From contig JAZQBH010000211.1 of the NCBI GenBank assembly GCA_045545655.1, positions 1 to 38,350 on the forward strand: DNA of 38,350 nucleotides, in the 5' to 3' direction. The notes under the pieces are model-generated. The model saw nothing but the letters and a program-made list of their open reading frames with translations, was not told the origin of the DNA and made no database searches. Source of the DNA: Oscillospiraceae bacterium. Its GTDB lineage: Bacteria; Bacillota; Clostridia; Oscillospirales; Ruminococcaceae. Below, in pieces: positions 28,056-38,256 of this stretch. The translations under genes were made by a program, and so were the position numbers. How positions within the stretch are numbered: position 1 is the first letter of the stretch; every line of letters starts with the position of its first letter.

Positions 28056-28116
28056 ATAGTGAATAACGAATAATGAATAGTGAAAAATGAATAATTAACG
28101 AGCACCCTTCGGGTGC
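28056..28116. repeat. Degenerate heptamer array (GAATAAT-like) plus GCACCC-TTC-GGGTGC hairpin
   Basis: GAATAAC GAATAAT GAATAGT GAAAAAT GAATAAT. Confidence 0.6.
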
Positions 28117-28239
28117 GGATTAAAAAATGTCAGCATAAGTAATTTTTCACTTTTTATTGATTTCTCAAATGAAAAGTCCGTATCTGATACGGGCTTATTT
28201 CACATTAACAAATTTTTCAGAACCGCATATACTGAAAGG

Positions 28240-28881
28240 GTGTTCAAAATGTCGGATATATTTGTTTACGGCGAAAAGGAGCTTACATATCTGAAGTCGC
28301 ACGACAAAAAGCTTGGGGCGGTTATAGACAAAATCGGAATGCTCTCCCGCGAAACGGAAAGCGACTTATTCTCCGGATTTATCCATCAGATAATCGGTCA
28401 GCAGATTTCAATGAAGGCCGCCGCCACTGTAATTTCACGGTTTGACGAGCGTTTCGGCTCAGTGTATTCCCCCGAAGTCATTGCCGCCGCTTCCGCCGAG
28501 GAGATACAGTCGCTTGGTATCAGCCGCCGCAAAGCGGACTACATCAGGGACTTTGCCCGAAAGGTCAGCGGCGGCGAGTTCAGCCTGTCTGCGATTGAAG
28601 AAATGTCCGACAGCGAGGCAATAAAAACGCTCTGCACCCTTAACGGCTGCGGCGAATGGACCGCCGAAATGCTGCTGTTGTTCTGCCTTCGACGACCCGA
28701 TATTCTCAGCTTTAAGGACGCAGGCATTCAGCGTGGAATGCGAATGGTGTACGGTCACAAGGAAATCACCCGTCAGCTGTTTGAGAAGTACCGCAAGCGG
28801 CTGTCGCCCTACGGCAGCACGGCAAGCCTTTACTTCTGGGCGGTGTCTGGTGGGGCAATCCCTGAGATGTGCGACCCGTAG
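28240..28881 (+). CDS. DNA-3-methyladenine glycosylase II family (HhH-GPD)
   Basis: IIGQQIS, GISRRKADY, LNGCGEWTAEM and D.GIQR. Confidence 0.9.
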   Translation: MFKMSDIFVYGEKELTYLKSHDKKLGAVIDKIGMLSRETESDLFSGFIHQIIGQQISMKAAATVISRFDERFGSVYSPEVIAAASAEEIQSLGISRRKADYIRDFARKVSGGEFSLSAIEEMSDSEAIKTLCTLNGCGEWTAEMLLLFCLRRPDILSFKDAGIQRGMRMVYGHKEITRQLFEKYRKRLSPYGSTASLYFWAVSGGAIPEMCDP

Positions 28882-29080
28882 ACCCGTAACCCCCGCAAAT
28901 TCCGCAAACCAATAGCACAGAAAAGAAGCGGCAAAGAATGTTGTACAATTTAACCAAACCAAACCGTCAAAACAGAAAAAAACAGTGAAAAAGCAATAAA
29001 TCTATTGCTTTTTTTCGTTGTGTGTGTTACAATAAAAATAGGAAATAGTTTGTTGAATTAACGATGAAGGAGGGGTAGTT

Positions 29081-30490
29081 ATGACAGATAACAAGAATGT
29101 AAACATCAATGTTAACGAAGCTGTTGACGCATACGTCGAAATAACTGTAGACCCCGACCACAAAACCGCCTATCTCCATATTCACGGAGCAAAATTCGGC
29201 GGCAAGCCCATCACCTTCGAAAAGATTGAAAAAGAAATCGCAGAAAGTGCGGTTAAATTCGGGCTTGAAGATATGGAAAAGATAAAGAAAGCCGTTGCGG
29301 CTGCAAACAACGAGGGAAAGTTCCTTATTGCGAAATGGCGGCCGCCTGTTGACGGCAAGAACGGCTATATCGAGTATAAGTTCAACACAAACAAGGTTGC
29401 AAAGCCAACCGAACACGAAAACGGCGATGTGGATTACAAGGATTTAGGCATAGTTACAAATATTATCCGTGGAACGAAAATCGCACGTATCTACGACCCT
29501 ACCGAGGGCGAACCCGGCACAGACGTACTTGGTGAAACAGTTGCGCAGAACCCCGGCACACCCGCCGCTATCAGCCTCGGTGCAGGCACGGAGCTTTCCG
29601 CAGGCGGACATCATATTCTTGCGTCGGTTGACGGCAATCTTGTGTTCAAGGGCGGCTGCTTTGTCGTGGAGGAGAACCTCAACATCAACGGCGACGTTGA
29701 CCTGTCTGTGGGCAATATTGATTTCGTCGGCAACGTGACCATAAACGGCAACGTTTTTGAAGGCTTTGTTGTAAAGTCCAGAAAGAACATCACTATCCAC
29801 GGAGCGGCTACTTATGCCGACATCAAGGCTGGCGGCGACGTTACAATAAGGCTTGGCTGTCTTATGTCAAAGGTTGAGTGCGGCGGAACGTTTTCTGCTA
29901 ATTTCTGCGAAAACAGCCGCATAAACGGCAACCACAACGTCAAAGCAAACTCATTTGTCGGCTGTGAGGTGTTTGCAAGAAAAGCAATCATCGCAGAGGG
30001 CAAGGGAATAATCTCCGGCGGCAAGTACACCGCTCTGGAGGACATCAGTGCTTCGATAATCGGCTCTAACAGCTACGTTAAAACCGAAATCAACGTGGGC
30101 AACAACGCTGTTCTCACTGCCGAGCGTGAAAATGAAACCGCTTACATCAAAAAGCTTGAAGACGCTATCCAGCAGCTTACAATGGTTATCGACCAGCTGA
30201 GCGAGCGGCAGAAGCAGGGCGTTAAGCTGTCGGCAAGGCACGAGCAGATGAAGGCGGATTCGGTGCGTGCAAAACTGCACACACAGCAGCAGCTGCAGAA
30301 ATCCCAGCAACGTATAGTTGCGATAGATAACGAGCTTGCACTGAAGCAGAACTTCTCTGTAACCTGCAGAAAACGCTTCTACCCGGGCACTACTATCCGC
30401 ATAGATTCCTACACCTACAACGTAACCTCAATTTACGAGAACAGCAAGGCAACCGTGCGAAACGGCGAGATTGTAATGCTGCCTCCGTAA
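29081..30490 (+). CDS. DUF342 / FapA family protein
   Basis: PVDGKNG, VDYKDLG and GDVDLSVGNIDFVGNVTINGNV beta-helix; C-terminal coiled coil. Confidence 0.88.
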   Translation: MTDNKNVNINVNEAVDAYVEITVDPDHKTAYLHIHGAKFGGKPITFEKIEKEIAESAVKFGLEDMEKIKKAVAAANNEGKFLIAKWRPPVDGKNGYIEYKFNTNKVAKPTEHENGDVDYKDLGIVTNIIRGTKIARIYDPTEGEPGTDVLGETVAQNPGTPAAISLGAGTELSAGGHHILASVDGNLVFKGGCFVVEENLNINGDVDLSVGNIDFVGNVTINGNVFEGFVVKSRKNITIHGAATYADIKAGGDVTIRLGCLMSKVECGGTFSANFCENSRINGNHNVKANSFVGCEVFARKAIIAEGKGIISGGKYTALEDISASIIGSNSYVKTEINVGNNAVLTAERENETAYIKKLEDAIQQLTMVIDQLSERQKQGVKLSARHEQMKADSVRAKLHTQQQLQKSQQRIVAIDNELALKQNFSVTCRKRFYPGTTIRIDSYTYNVTSIYENSKATVRNGEIVMLPP

Positions 30491-30778
30491 TTGAGAAATC
30501 ACACCGCTCAGCACGTTTTATTCAGGTGTGATATTCAGGCAGAACAATGGTTTTCCGCTGTATACTTTCAAAGGATTAAATAGTCATATCTGAAAACATC
30601 GTGTGGTATTCAAAGTTGATTTTACTGCTTATACGTGGTTTCCTGACAGATGTGTCTGCACCTGTCGGGAAACTGTTTGTAGTCAGCACAATCACCCGAC
30701 AATGCTGCATGGCGGCTTCAGATGACTTTTAATAAAAAAATGCTCCATAATACGGAGTAAACAAGGAGATGTATCAAA

Positions 30779-32443
30779 ATGAGCTTTAAACTCAAGGATA
30801 TGAAATTCAAAAAGAAAATGCTGGTAACATTTATAACCGTTCTCGGTTTGCAGTGTATACTTGTTGCAACGTCCACGCAGGGCTTCAACAAGCTGACAAA
30901 CACAGTGCAGAGCTTCTACAACGGCCCTTACAGCGACATTGTTACCATTTCGCAGATAGAGCTTAATGCAAACGAGGCTGCAAAGAATATGCTGAATTCA
31001 ATGTCCTCGGCAGACGGCAAGGCACTGCTTACCCACGCACAGGAGAACATTGCTGTTATCGAGGAAAAAGCAACCGCCTTCAAGGAGGTATACACAGGCG
31101 ATCCTGCTGATGTTGACGCTATCCTCACCGAACTTTCAAATCTCAAGACCTACTCAAAGGAGTTCTCTTCAGCAGGAACTTATGCAACTGCCTCGAAGAT
31201 ATACAATGAAAAGGTAGGCCCGTCGATTGCAAACATCATCACTTCGGCTGAGAATATTACCGCTTACGAAGAAGTGAACTCTGCTAACATCTACGAGCGT
31301 GCATTACAGGGTGCTACAACCGCTAAAATCCTCATCACCATTATAGGAAGTATATCCATCATCACAGGTATCACCCTTGCTGTTACAATGACACGCACAA
31401 TGACAACAGGCTTCAGGCAGGTGCAGAATGCCGCCGCTGAAATCGCAGAGGGCAACTTTGACGTACAGCTTGATTACACATCCGCAGACGAACTCGGTCA
31501 GACAGCCGAGATTATGAGAAATCTCTGTCAGCGCACCAACAACGTTATCAGCGACGTTGACGACGTGCTCAGCAAAATCGCTGACGGCGACCTCAGAGCA
31601 AAGAGTGCAAACGAGCAGGCTTACGTGGGCAAATACCAGAACGTGCTCAAGTCTATCAATAACCTTGTTGACCATTTCAGCTCTGCTATGGAGCGTATCG
31701 GAACAGCCTCCGATCAGGTTGCATCGGGTGCAAACCAGATTTCAGGCGGCGCACAGGTGCTTTCTCAGGGCGCTTCCGACCAGGCTTCTTCTATTGAACA
31801 GCTTTCAACGGCTATCAACAACATTTCTGATGTGGTTGCTATCAGTGCAAGCGACGCATCGGGTGCAAACGAGCTGACAAATCAGGCTGGCTCACTGGTG
31901 CTTGAGGCAAACGAGAAGATGGACGCTCTCGTGAAGGCTATGGAAGAAATCAGCAACTCCTCCGATGAAACAAAGAAGATTATCGCTACTATCGAGGATA
32001 TCGCATTCCAGACCAACATTCTCGCACTCAATGCGGCTGTCGAGGCGGCTCGTGCAGGTGCGGCAGGTAAGGGCTTTGCAGTTGTTGCCGACGAAGTAAG
32101 AAACCTTGCCGGCAAGAGTGCAGAAGCGGCAAACAACACCACAATGCTTATTGAGGGCACAGTTGAGGCTATCTACCGTGGAAACGCAATCGTGGGCGAG
32201 GTTGCTCAGAAGCTTGGCGAGGTTTCCGAATGTACAGGCCGTGTAGCGAAAATCAACGAGAAGATTGCGCTTTCCGCAAACGAAGCGGCGGACTCCATTT
32301 CTCAGGTTACAGACGGTGTGGACAAGGTTTCCGCAGTTGTTCAGAACAACTCCGCAACCGCACAGCAGTCTGCGGCGGCTTCCGAAGAGCTTTCGGGACA
32401 GGCTGAAATGCTTAAGGAAATGCTTGATAAGTTCAAGCTGTGA
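30779..32443 (+). CDS. Methyl-accepting chemotaxis protein
   Basis: Two TM segments, HAMP (DELGQ), and [33 protein letters not shown]. Confidence 0.96.
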   Translation: MSFKLKDMKFKKKMLVTFITVLGLQCILVATSTQGFNKLTNTVQSFYNGPYSDIVTISQIELNANEAAKNMLNSMSSADGKALLTHAQENIAVIEEKATAFKEVYTGDPADVDAILTELSNLKTYSKEFSSAGTYATASKIYNEKVGPSIANIITSAENITAYEEVNSANIYERALQGATTAKILITIIGSISIITGITLAVTMTRTMTTGFRQVQNAAAEIAEGNFDVQLDYTSADELGQTAEIMRNLCQRTNNVISDVDDVLSKIADGDLRAKSANEQAYVGKYQNVLKSINNLVDHFSSAMERIGTASDQVASGANQISGGAQVLSQGASDQASSIEQLSTAINNISDVVAISASDASGANELTNQAGSLVLEANEKMDALVKAMEEISNSSDETKKIIATIEDIAFQTNILALNAAVEAARAGAAGKGFAVVADEVRNLAGKSAEAANNTTMLIEGTVEAIYRGNAIVGEVAQKLGEVSECTGRVAKINEKIALSANEAADSISQVTDGVDKVSAVVQNNSATAQQSAAASEELSGQAEMLKEMLDKFKL

Positions 32444-32473
32444 TATTAAGGAATACATAATCAAGACATAGCA

Positions 32474-32506
32474 AAACCCGACTTCGTTCTGAACGAGGTC
32501 GGGTTT
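32474..32506. terminator. Bidirectional terminator
   Basis: AAACCCGACTTCGTTC-T-GAACGAGGTCGGGTTT. Confidence 0.75.
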
Positions 32507-32542
32507 ATTATTGAAAAATACTTTTCTTCCGCTTTTAATCTG

Positions 32543-33076
32543 TTAATCTCTTGGACAAATAAGCTTGTGCCATTCCTCACGTGTTATGGAATATGCGTAT
32601 GAAATTTTATTCTTTTCATCGGGGTATTCTTTAACCTTTTTCATTCCGTTTGCAATAGCAGTGGAATATGACCCAATATTTGTATACTTCATATACGAAT
32701 ACAGGCAATCAAATTCTGTGTTCTCAAATGCCCAATCCCTGACAGCTCTTGCCGCCTCGCTTCCAAACCCTTTTCTCCAGTATTTCTTATGTATGTGATA
32801 GCCTATTTCAGGGAGTAATTCTCCGTCAATATTCTGCATTGTCAGACCACAATCACCTATAAACTCTCCCGTTTGCTTCAGCTCAACCGCCCAAATTCCA
32901 AAACCATATTTCTGATAGTTCTGAATATTCCATTCAATCCAGTGTCTTGTCATTTCTTCATCATAAGGCTTCGGGTAATGCTGCATAGTTTCTTCATCTG
33001 ACAATATCCCGAATATATCCTCAAAATCATCCGAAGTATATTCCCTTAAAATTAGCCGCTCTGTTTCGATTTTCAT
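32543..33076 (-). CDS. GNAT (RimJ/RimL-type) acetyltransferase
   Basis: IETERLILRE, FIGDCGL and EIGYHI...WRKGFGSEAA. Confidence 0.9.
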   Translation of the reverse strand: MKIETERLILREYTSDDFEDIFGILSDEETMQHYPKPYDEEMTRHWIEWNIQNYQKYGFGIWAVELKQTGEFIGDCGLTMQNIDGELLPEIGYHIHKKYWRKGFGSEAARAVRDWAFENTEFDCLYSYMKYTNIGSYSTAIANGMKKVKEYPDEKNKISYAYSITREEWHKLICPRD

Positions 33077-33167
33077 TATAACCACCTCAGATTCTGATTT
33101 GAAAACGGCAAAGCCGCCTTTGAAATCAATATCAAAAGCGACTTGCTCTGTCTTAAACCGTATTTAT

Positions 33168-33680
33168 TCAATCAAAAAGATATTTCATCTTGTCCATAAA
33201 CTCATCGTCATAGAACTTCTTGTAGTAGCCGAAAACAAGCTCGTAGAACTGTCCGTCAGACAGTGCCGAGTACTCCCCGAAGATGAACCCTGGGTAGCTT
33301 GCCATAGCCCCACACATTGATTTCGCCTTGTCAGTCTGTCCCGATACAAGTTTTGCGCAAATCAGGTCGTTTGCGTAGATTATCGCAGGGATATGCTTTC
33401 GTGCGAGAGCCTCGTCGTATTCGGGTGCGGCAAATACTGTTGCAAAGTAGTTCTTCACATACGGATACAGCGGCTTGTTCTTCGTCTTAATCCCACGCTT
33501 GAACGCACGCATACACTTTGCCGCAGGCTTTTTTTCGTCAAATGCGTGTGAAAGCATAGCGGTGATGTCGTCAAGCAGTGAAACCGCATTTCCTATATCA
33601 CGTTCGTCCTTGATCATATAGTATGCCTTTTTCGATATAAGCAGCACCCTTGCAACGGCGCTTTTTTCCGTCATTGTCAT
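33168..33680 (-). CDS. Hypothetical protein
   Basis: Open frame with GAAAGGGGGT RBS before ATG33680; no recognised motif. Confidence 0.65.
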   Translation of the reverse strand: MTMTEKSAVARVLLISKKAYYMIKDERDIGNAVSLLDDITAMLSHAFDEKKPAAKCMRAFKRGIKTKNKPLYPYVKNYFATVFAAPEYDEALARKHIPAIIYANDLICAKLVSGQTDKAKSMCGAMASYPGFIFGEYSALSDGQFYELVFGYYKKFYDDEFMDKMKYLFD

Positions 33681-33702
33681 ACCCCCTTTCAATCTGCGAA
33701 AA

Positions 33703-33730
33703 CTCCCCTGCTCCTTATGGAACAGGGGAG
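33703..33730 (-). terminator. Hairpin after hpf
   Basis: CTCCCCTG...CAGGGGAG, followed by TTTT on the minus strand. Confidence 0.6.
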
Positions 33731-33766
33731 AACCTAGCTAATCAGTCTGAAACCGACGGAACGCCG

Positions 33767-34285
33767 TCAGTCTTTCGGCACAAGCACAGCGTAATTCTCA
33801 TCGTCACGCTTGTACACCACGTTGATAGAACCGTCCTGGGCATTCTTGAACACAAAGAAGGTGTGGTCAAGCAGGTTCATCTGAAGGATAGCCTCCTCAA
33901 CGGTCATCGGGCGAGCCTCAAATTCCTTGTAACGGATAACCTCATAATCGGGTTCTTCGGGCTCTTGCTCAAGACCTGCAAACGCACCTGCACGAAGGCT
34001 CTTTTCAACCTTTGTCTTCTGCTTTCTTATCTGACGGATAATGCGGTCGATTGTAACGTCAAGCGCATCGTTCTTGTCCTGTGCAGTCTGTTCTGCACGG
34101 TAGATAATTCCGTTATATTTGACAGTAAGCTCAAGAATAATCATATCACGGCGCTCGCCGAGAGTAATCTTTGCCTCAGCCTCTTCAGGGAAAAATCTGT
34201 CAAGCTTTGCGTTCAGCTTCTGCTCTGCATATTCAGTAAACGACTGAGAAATGTTGATTTTTTTAGCTGCGATAATAACCTTCAT
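33767..34285 (-). CDS. hpf: Ribosome hibernation promoting factor (long HPF/RaiA)
   Basis: RQIRKQKTK, PMTVEEAILQMNLLDHTFFVF and VVYKRDD. Confidence 0.95.
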   Translation of the reverse strand: MKVIIAAKKINISQSFTEYAEQKLNAKLDRFFPEEAEAKITLGERRDMIILELTVKYNGIIYRAEQTAQDKNDALDVTIDRIIRQIRKQKTKVEKSLRAGAFAGLEQEPEEPDYEVIRYKEFEARPMTVEEAILQMNLLDHTFFVFKNAQDGSINVVYKRDDENYAVLVPKD

Positions 34286-34468
34286 AGAATCAAGCCCCCT
34301 AAGCTTTAAGTATTGCAGCACATCAGCAGGTTATTCACCCTGTCTGCCGCCGTAAGATTTGTCTTACAAGAATATATTATCATATATCTGAAAAAATTGC
34401 AATACTTTAACATAGATTTTGGCTATTATTCACAAAACACGGGTGAAAATTTCTACTTCGGTAAAGTC

Positions 34469-34508
34469 CCCCGTAGACCCGTAGACCCGTAGACCCGTGC
34501 CACCGTAA
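34469..34508. repeat. Octamer tandem repeat (CCCGTAGA)x3 plus partial copies
   Basis: Seen directly; the same unit occurs at 28873-28888. Confidence 0.75.
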
Positions 34509-34509
34509 T

Positions 34510-35304
34510 TCAGTCGAACGGAACAAACTGCGGCTTTCTGCGGCGGAATACCGTATAGCATGAAAAGCCAGCGTCCCTCAGCACCTGCTCAGCAACACCG
34601 AAATCTGCGGCTATGTCCGCCGCCTTGTGTGCGTCAGAGCCTACGGTGATTATCTCTCCGCCAAGCTCTCTGTAGCGGCTGACGATAAACGGGTGCGGAT
34701 TTGCGTGGGAAAGTCCGCTGCGAAGTCCTGCGGAGTTAAGCTCAATTCCCTTACCCTTCTGCACCAGCAAGCGGAGGATTTCGTCGAGCAGCTCACGGTA
34801 GTCCACAGGGGAATAGCACTTCTCCTTGCAGTAACGCACGGCGTAGTCAAGGTGACCGTAGACGTCGAAATCCTCAAATGCCTTTATGTTCGCGAGAATG
34901 CTTTCAAAGTAGCGGAGAATGCCGTTTTTCGTGCCGTACTCCCCGAAATATTCGGGATAGTAGGGGTCTTGTCCGTTTACGAGGTGCGACGAGCCGATGA
35001 TGAAATCAAAGTCCCACTCACCCGCAAAAGCGGAAAGCTTAGGCGCAAGGTAGTCCATAACGCCAAGCTCTATGCCGAAAAGCAGTTCAAGCTCGGCGGA
35101 ATACTTCTCACGGAGCGAAAACAGCCGCTCTCTGTAAGCCGCCATATCAGGCTCAAAGCCCTCTTCGGGGTAGTCGAAATCGCAGTGCTCGGTAATGCAA
35201 AGCACGTTCAGCCCTCGCTGAACTGCGGCTTTTATGCTGTTTTCCATATCCTCGGTCGAGTCGCCCGAAAACGAAGTATGCGTGTGAAAATCTGCTTTTA
35301 TCAT
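34510..35304 (-). CDS. PHP-family histidinol-phosphatase (HisJ-like)
   Basis: DFHTHT.FS.D, ITEH, GIELG, GHLDY and GSDAH. Confidence 0.9.
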   Translation of the reverse strand: MIKADFHTHTSFSGDSTEDMENSIKAAVQRGLNVLCITEHCDFDYPEEGFEPDMAAYRERLFSLREKYSAELELLFGIELGVMDYLAPKLSAFAGEWDFDFIIGSSHLVNGQDPYYPEYFGEYGTKNGILRYFESILANIKAFEDFDVYGHLDYAVRYCKEKCYSPVDYRELLDEILRLLVQKGKGIELNSAGLRSGLSHANPHPFIVSRYRELGGEIITVGSDAHKAADIAADFGVAEQVLRDAGFSCYTVFRRRKPQFVPFD

Positions 35305-35324
35305 TTCGTTGTCCTTTTTATCAA

Positions 35325-36428
35325 TTAGTCGGGGAAGTAGTTTCTCAGCTGTGCGGAAACCGCCTTGTGGTCAAGTGCGAACACCTCGTTGCTTACATCA
35401 AAATAGGTGTACACTATGTCGTCCTGAGTATACGAGCCGACATCATAGAAATACGAACGGGAGTTCCAGCCTGAGTCTATCCATATTCCCTTGCCGCCGA
35501 TAATGGCGTAGTTCCATTCGTGGGCAACACCGTTGTTAAGCTCTGCGTAGCAGTTGCTCTGCGTAATGCCGTAGCCCTTTACGTGCAGACAGGTAATACC
35601 CTGTACCTCGCACAACGCCGACGTCATAGCCGCATAGCCGCCGCACACCGACGCACCACGCTCAAGCATATATTCAAGGGTCAGGCACTCGTCGGGAATG
35701 CCCGCCTTATACGCTTTGTTGTCGTAGTAGATATTCTTCGACACCCACTGCGAGATAGCCCTCAGCTTATCGTATTCGGTTTTCTGACCTCTGCATATCT
35801 TGTTGGAAAGCTGACGGATTTTCCTGAGAACAGCGTCTGCGTTGGCGGCAGTGCCGTCCTTGGTGATGTACTTCAGGGTCTGCTGATTGGTGAGGTCTGC
35901 GGCACCCATAATCGCATTGAAGTTGTTATACGAAAGCTCCATTACATCAGGGAAGGAATAGCCGTTTTCATCGTGCTTCAGGCGGTAGGAAACTATCTCC
36001 TCGTCGCCCCACAATTCAAGCGTTACGTAGCCCTTACGCAGTCTGCTGCCGTCAAGAGTGAAAATCGTTGTTGAGCCTTCCTTGCGTGCTGAAAACGCAA
36101 TCGAGCCTATCCTCACGCTATTGGTTTTCCAGTCGCCGTTTTTTGCCACAACGGTAAGCACGTCGCCGTCTATGGTAAGCGTGCGGGCGTTGCGGATATC
36201 GTTGGTAAGCGACACGGTGATATGCCGCAAATCCTTATCGGACACAAACGGCCGTGATGATGTGCTTTCTTCGGGCAGACGGACAGAGCCTTCCGCCGTG
36301 GAAGAGCCTGTCTGCCCTCCGCTGATATTGGAAAAGCTGCTGTACTGCGGATAGTCTGGCACTGAGTCAGTTTCGCACCCCGTCAGCAGCAATACCGCCG
36401 CCAGACACAGTGCAGTAATTTTTTTCAT
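35325..36428 (-). CDS. Transglutaminase-like domain lipoprotein
   Basis: Lipobox LTGC; catalytic triad VCGGYA / HEWN / WIDSGW. Confidence 0.88.
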   Translation of the reverse strand: MKKITALCLAAVLLLTGCETDSVPDYPQYSSFSNISGGQTGSSTAEGSVRLPEESTSSRPFVSDKDLRHITVSLTNDIRNARTLTIDGDVLTVVAKNGDWKTNSVRIGSIAFSARKEGSTTIFTLDGSRLRKGYVTLELWGDEEIVSYRLKHDENGYSFPDVMELSYNNFNAIMGAADLTNQQTLKYITKDGTAANADAVLRKIRQLSNKICRGQKTEYDKLRAISQWVSKNIYYDNKAYKAGIPDECLTLEYMLERGASVCGGYAAMTSALCEVQGITCLHVKGYGITQSNCYAELNNGVAHEWNYAIIGGKGIWIDSGWNSRSYFYDVGSYTQDDIVYTYFDVSNEVFALDHKAVSAQLRNYFPD

Positions 36429-36497
36429 ACTTATTATAGTCCTCTGGTAAATACAATCAAAATCTGAAAAAGCAGCCGCAATAACAGCTGCATTTTC

Positions 36498-36526
36498 ATT
36501 TTACTACAAATCCCATAAACTGTCAA
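36498..36526 (-). promoter_or_regulatory. SigA-type promoter
   Basis: TTGACA-17-TAAAT-like (TAAAAT) on the minus strand. Confidence 0.65.
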
Positions 36527-36591
36527 GCGGTTTTCCCAAACGGAAGAAAATCAGCGGCAGAGCGGCTGACGTTTTCCGTCAGCACTGACGG

Positions 36592-37053
36592 CTACTTCTT
36601 CACAAGCACGGTTACAAAGCCGCCGTCCTCAGCCGAGGTGATGTCTGCGCCTACTATAACGCCGTCAACAACCAGCAGATTTGCGTTTATCGGGATTACG
36701 GGGTCTGTGCCCTCATAGTTTGTCAGACGGTATGTATATTTATACGCATAAGCGGCGGCATAGCGTTTCAGGTCAAAGCCCTGTTCCTTCTGCAATGCGT
36801 TGTACTGCTCGTAAGCCTCGTCAAATCTTGCAGGAATACGTATTTCCTCAACGCTGTCTGGCACTGTGCCTGTCTTCCAGCCAAAGCTTTCGATATATTC
36901 AATGCGCTTGGCATTAGTAGAGCCGTCTGCACCGCCTGCCGCACTTCCCAGCAGCCGTACAGCAATCCATACCACTGCAATGCACATCAGCACCGCCGCA
37001 ATAGCTATGCCACGTCTGCTGTGCTTTCCTGTGCGTGTGTTGTTATTCCTCAA
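36592..37053 (-). CDS. DUF4830-like membrane-anchored protein
   Basis: IP..FD..YEQYNALQKEQGFDL and YTY.LTNY; AAGGAGG RBS before TTG37053. Confidence 0.8.
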   Translation of the reverse strand: MRNNNTRTGKHSRRGIAIAAVLMCIAVVWIAVRLLGSAAGGADGSTNAKRIEYIESFGWKTGTVPDSVEEIRIPARFDEAYEQYNALQKEQGFDLKRYAAAYAYKYTYRLTNYEGTDPVIPINANLLVVDGVIVGADITSAEDGGFVTVLVKK

Positions 37054-37581
37054 GCTGATACCTCCTTTACACAAAACACATAGCCGCCTGAGCGGCTTTC
37101 ATAAGATAAGTTTATTCGCCAAAAACACAATATATTCAGCCCGTAAACCTCCCTGTCATATATGCCTGTTGTGAAACTTCACCAAAAACCCAACACCCTT
37201 TTGTACAAATAAAAACAGGAAGAATTACGGTGTTTGCCAAAATACCCAAAAGCGACAATTGCGGTTTGTAGAAACCGCCAAAAATCTAGTTCTGTCATTG
37301 GTTTTGACAGAATTTCACACCCTTTTTTGTGCATTTCGTTAAAAGGAAACGGATTACATATAATTTTTTTTGTTTTTGTTGGTGAAAACATATAAAGAAC
37401 ACTGGTGATTATTGTTGATTTAGGCTCTTTTATTTTTTTCGTTAATTTGTTATCATATAGGAAGAGCGATATTGTTGGATATAAGTCTGCGGCTTGCATG
37501 TCTGATGAAGTTCAACAGAAATGCTGCAGGACTTACCTCAATAATACGACATCAATGAATGTAATTTCAGGAGGTTTCGCT

Positions 37582-38172
37582 ATGGCTAGTTTATCAGCAA
37601 GAGGTATTTACAAGCGTTATCCCGGCGGAGTTACCGCTGTTAACGACTTCAATATGAACATCAAGGACAAGGAGTTTATCGTGCTCGTTGGTCCTTCGGG
37701 CTGTGGTAAGTCCACTACATTGCGTATGATTGCAGGTCTTGAAGAGATTTCCGAAGGCGAGCTGTTCATCGGCGACAGACTCGTAAACGACGTTCCGCCG
37801 AAAGACCGTGATATTGCGATGGTTTTCCAGTCCTATGCGCTTTATCCCCACATGACAGTATTCGAGAACATTGCGTTCGGTCTTAAACTGCGCAAGGTTC
37901 CCAAGGATGAAATCAAAAAGCGTGTTGAAGAAGCTGCAAGAATACTTGATATCGGTCACCTTCTCGAAAGAAAGCCCCGTGCTCTTTCGGGCGGTCAGAG
38001 ACAGCGTGTAGCGCTCGGCCGTGCTATCGTGCGTGACCCCAAGGTGTTCCTGCTTGACGAGCCGCTTTCCAACCTCGACGCTAAGCTGCGTGCGCAGATG
38101 AGAACCGAGATTGCAAAGCTGCACAAGAAGCTTGCTACAACATTTATCTATGTAACCCACGACCAGACAGAG
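37582..38172 (+). CDS. msmK: MsmK/MalK/UgpC-type sugar ABC ATPase (3' end cut by an assembly artefact)
   Basis: [38 protein letters not shown] and YVTHDQ; AGGAGG RBS. Confidence 0.9.
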
Positions 38173-38256
38173 AAGTCGGATCGTAGCCATGTCGTTCTGT
38201 GAGCCAAGGAGTTGAAAGGCAGAGTTGTCTTCCTAAGACCGCTTGGCCTCCGACTT
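38173..38256. other. MGI/BGI DNBSEQ adapter with 10-nt barcode (artefact)
   Basis: AAGTCGGATCGTAGCCATGTCGTTCTGTGAGCCAAGGAGTTG + AAAGGCAGAG + TTGTCTTCCTAAGACCGCTTGGCCTCCGACTT. Confidence 0.95.

Noticed and set aside
30638-30674. c-di-GMP riboswitch upstream of the MCP
   Set aside because: Only one hairpin (GTTTCCTGACAG...CTGTCGGGAAAC); the conserved GEMM motifs were not found.
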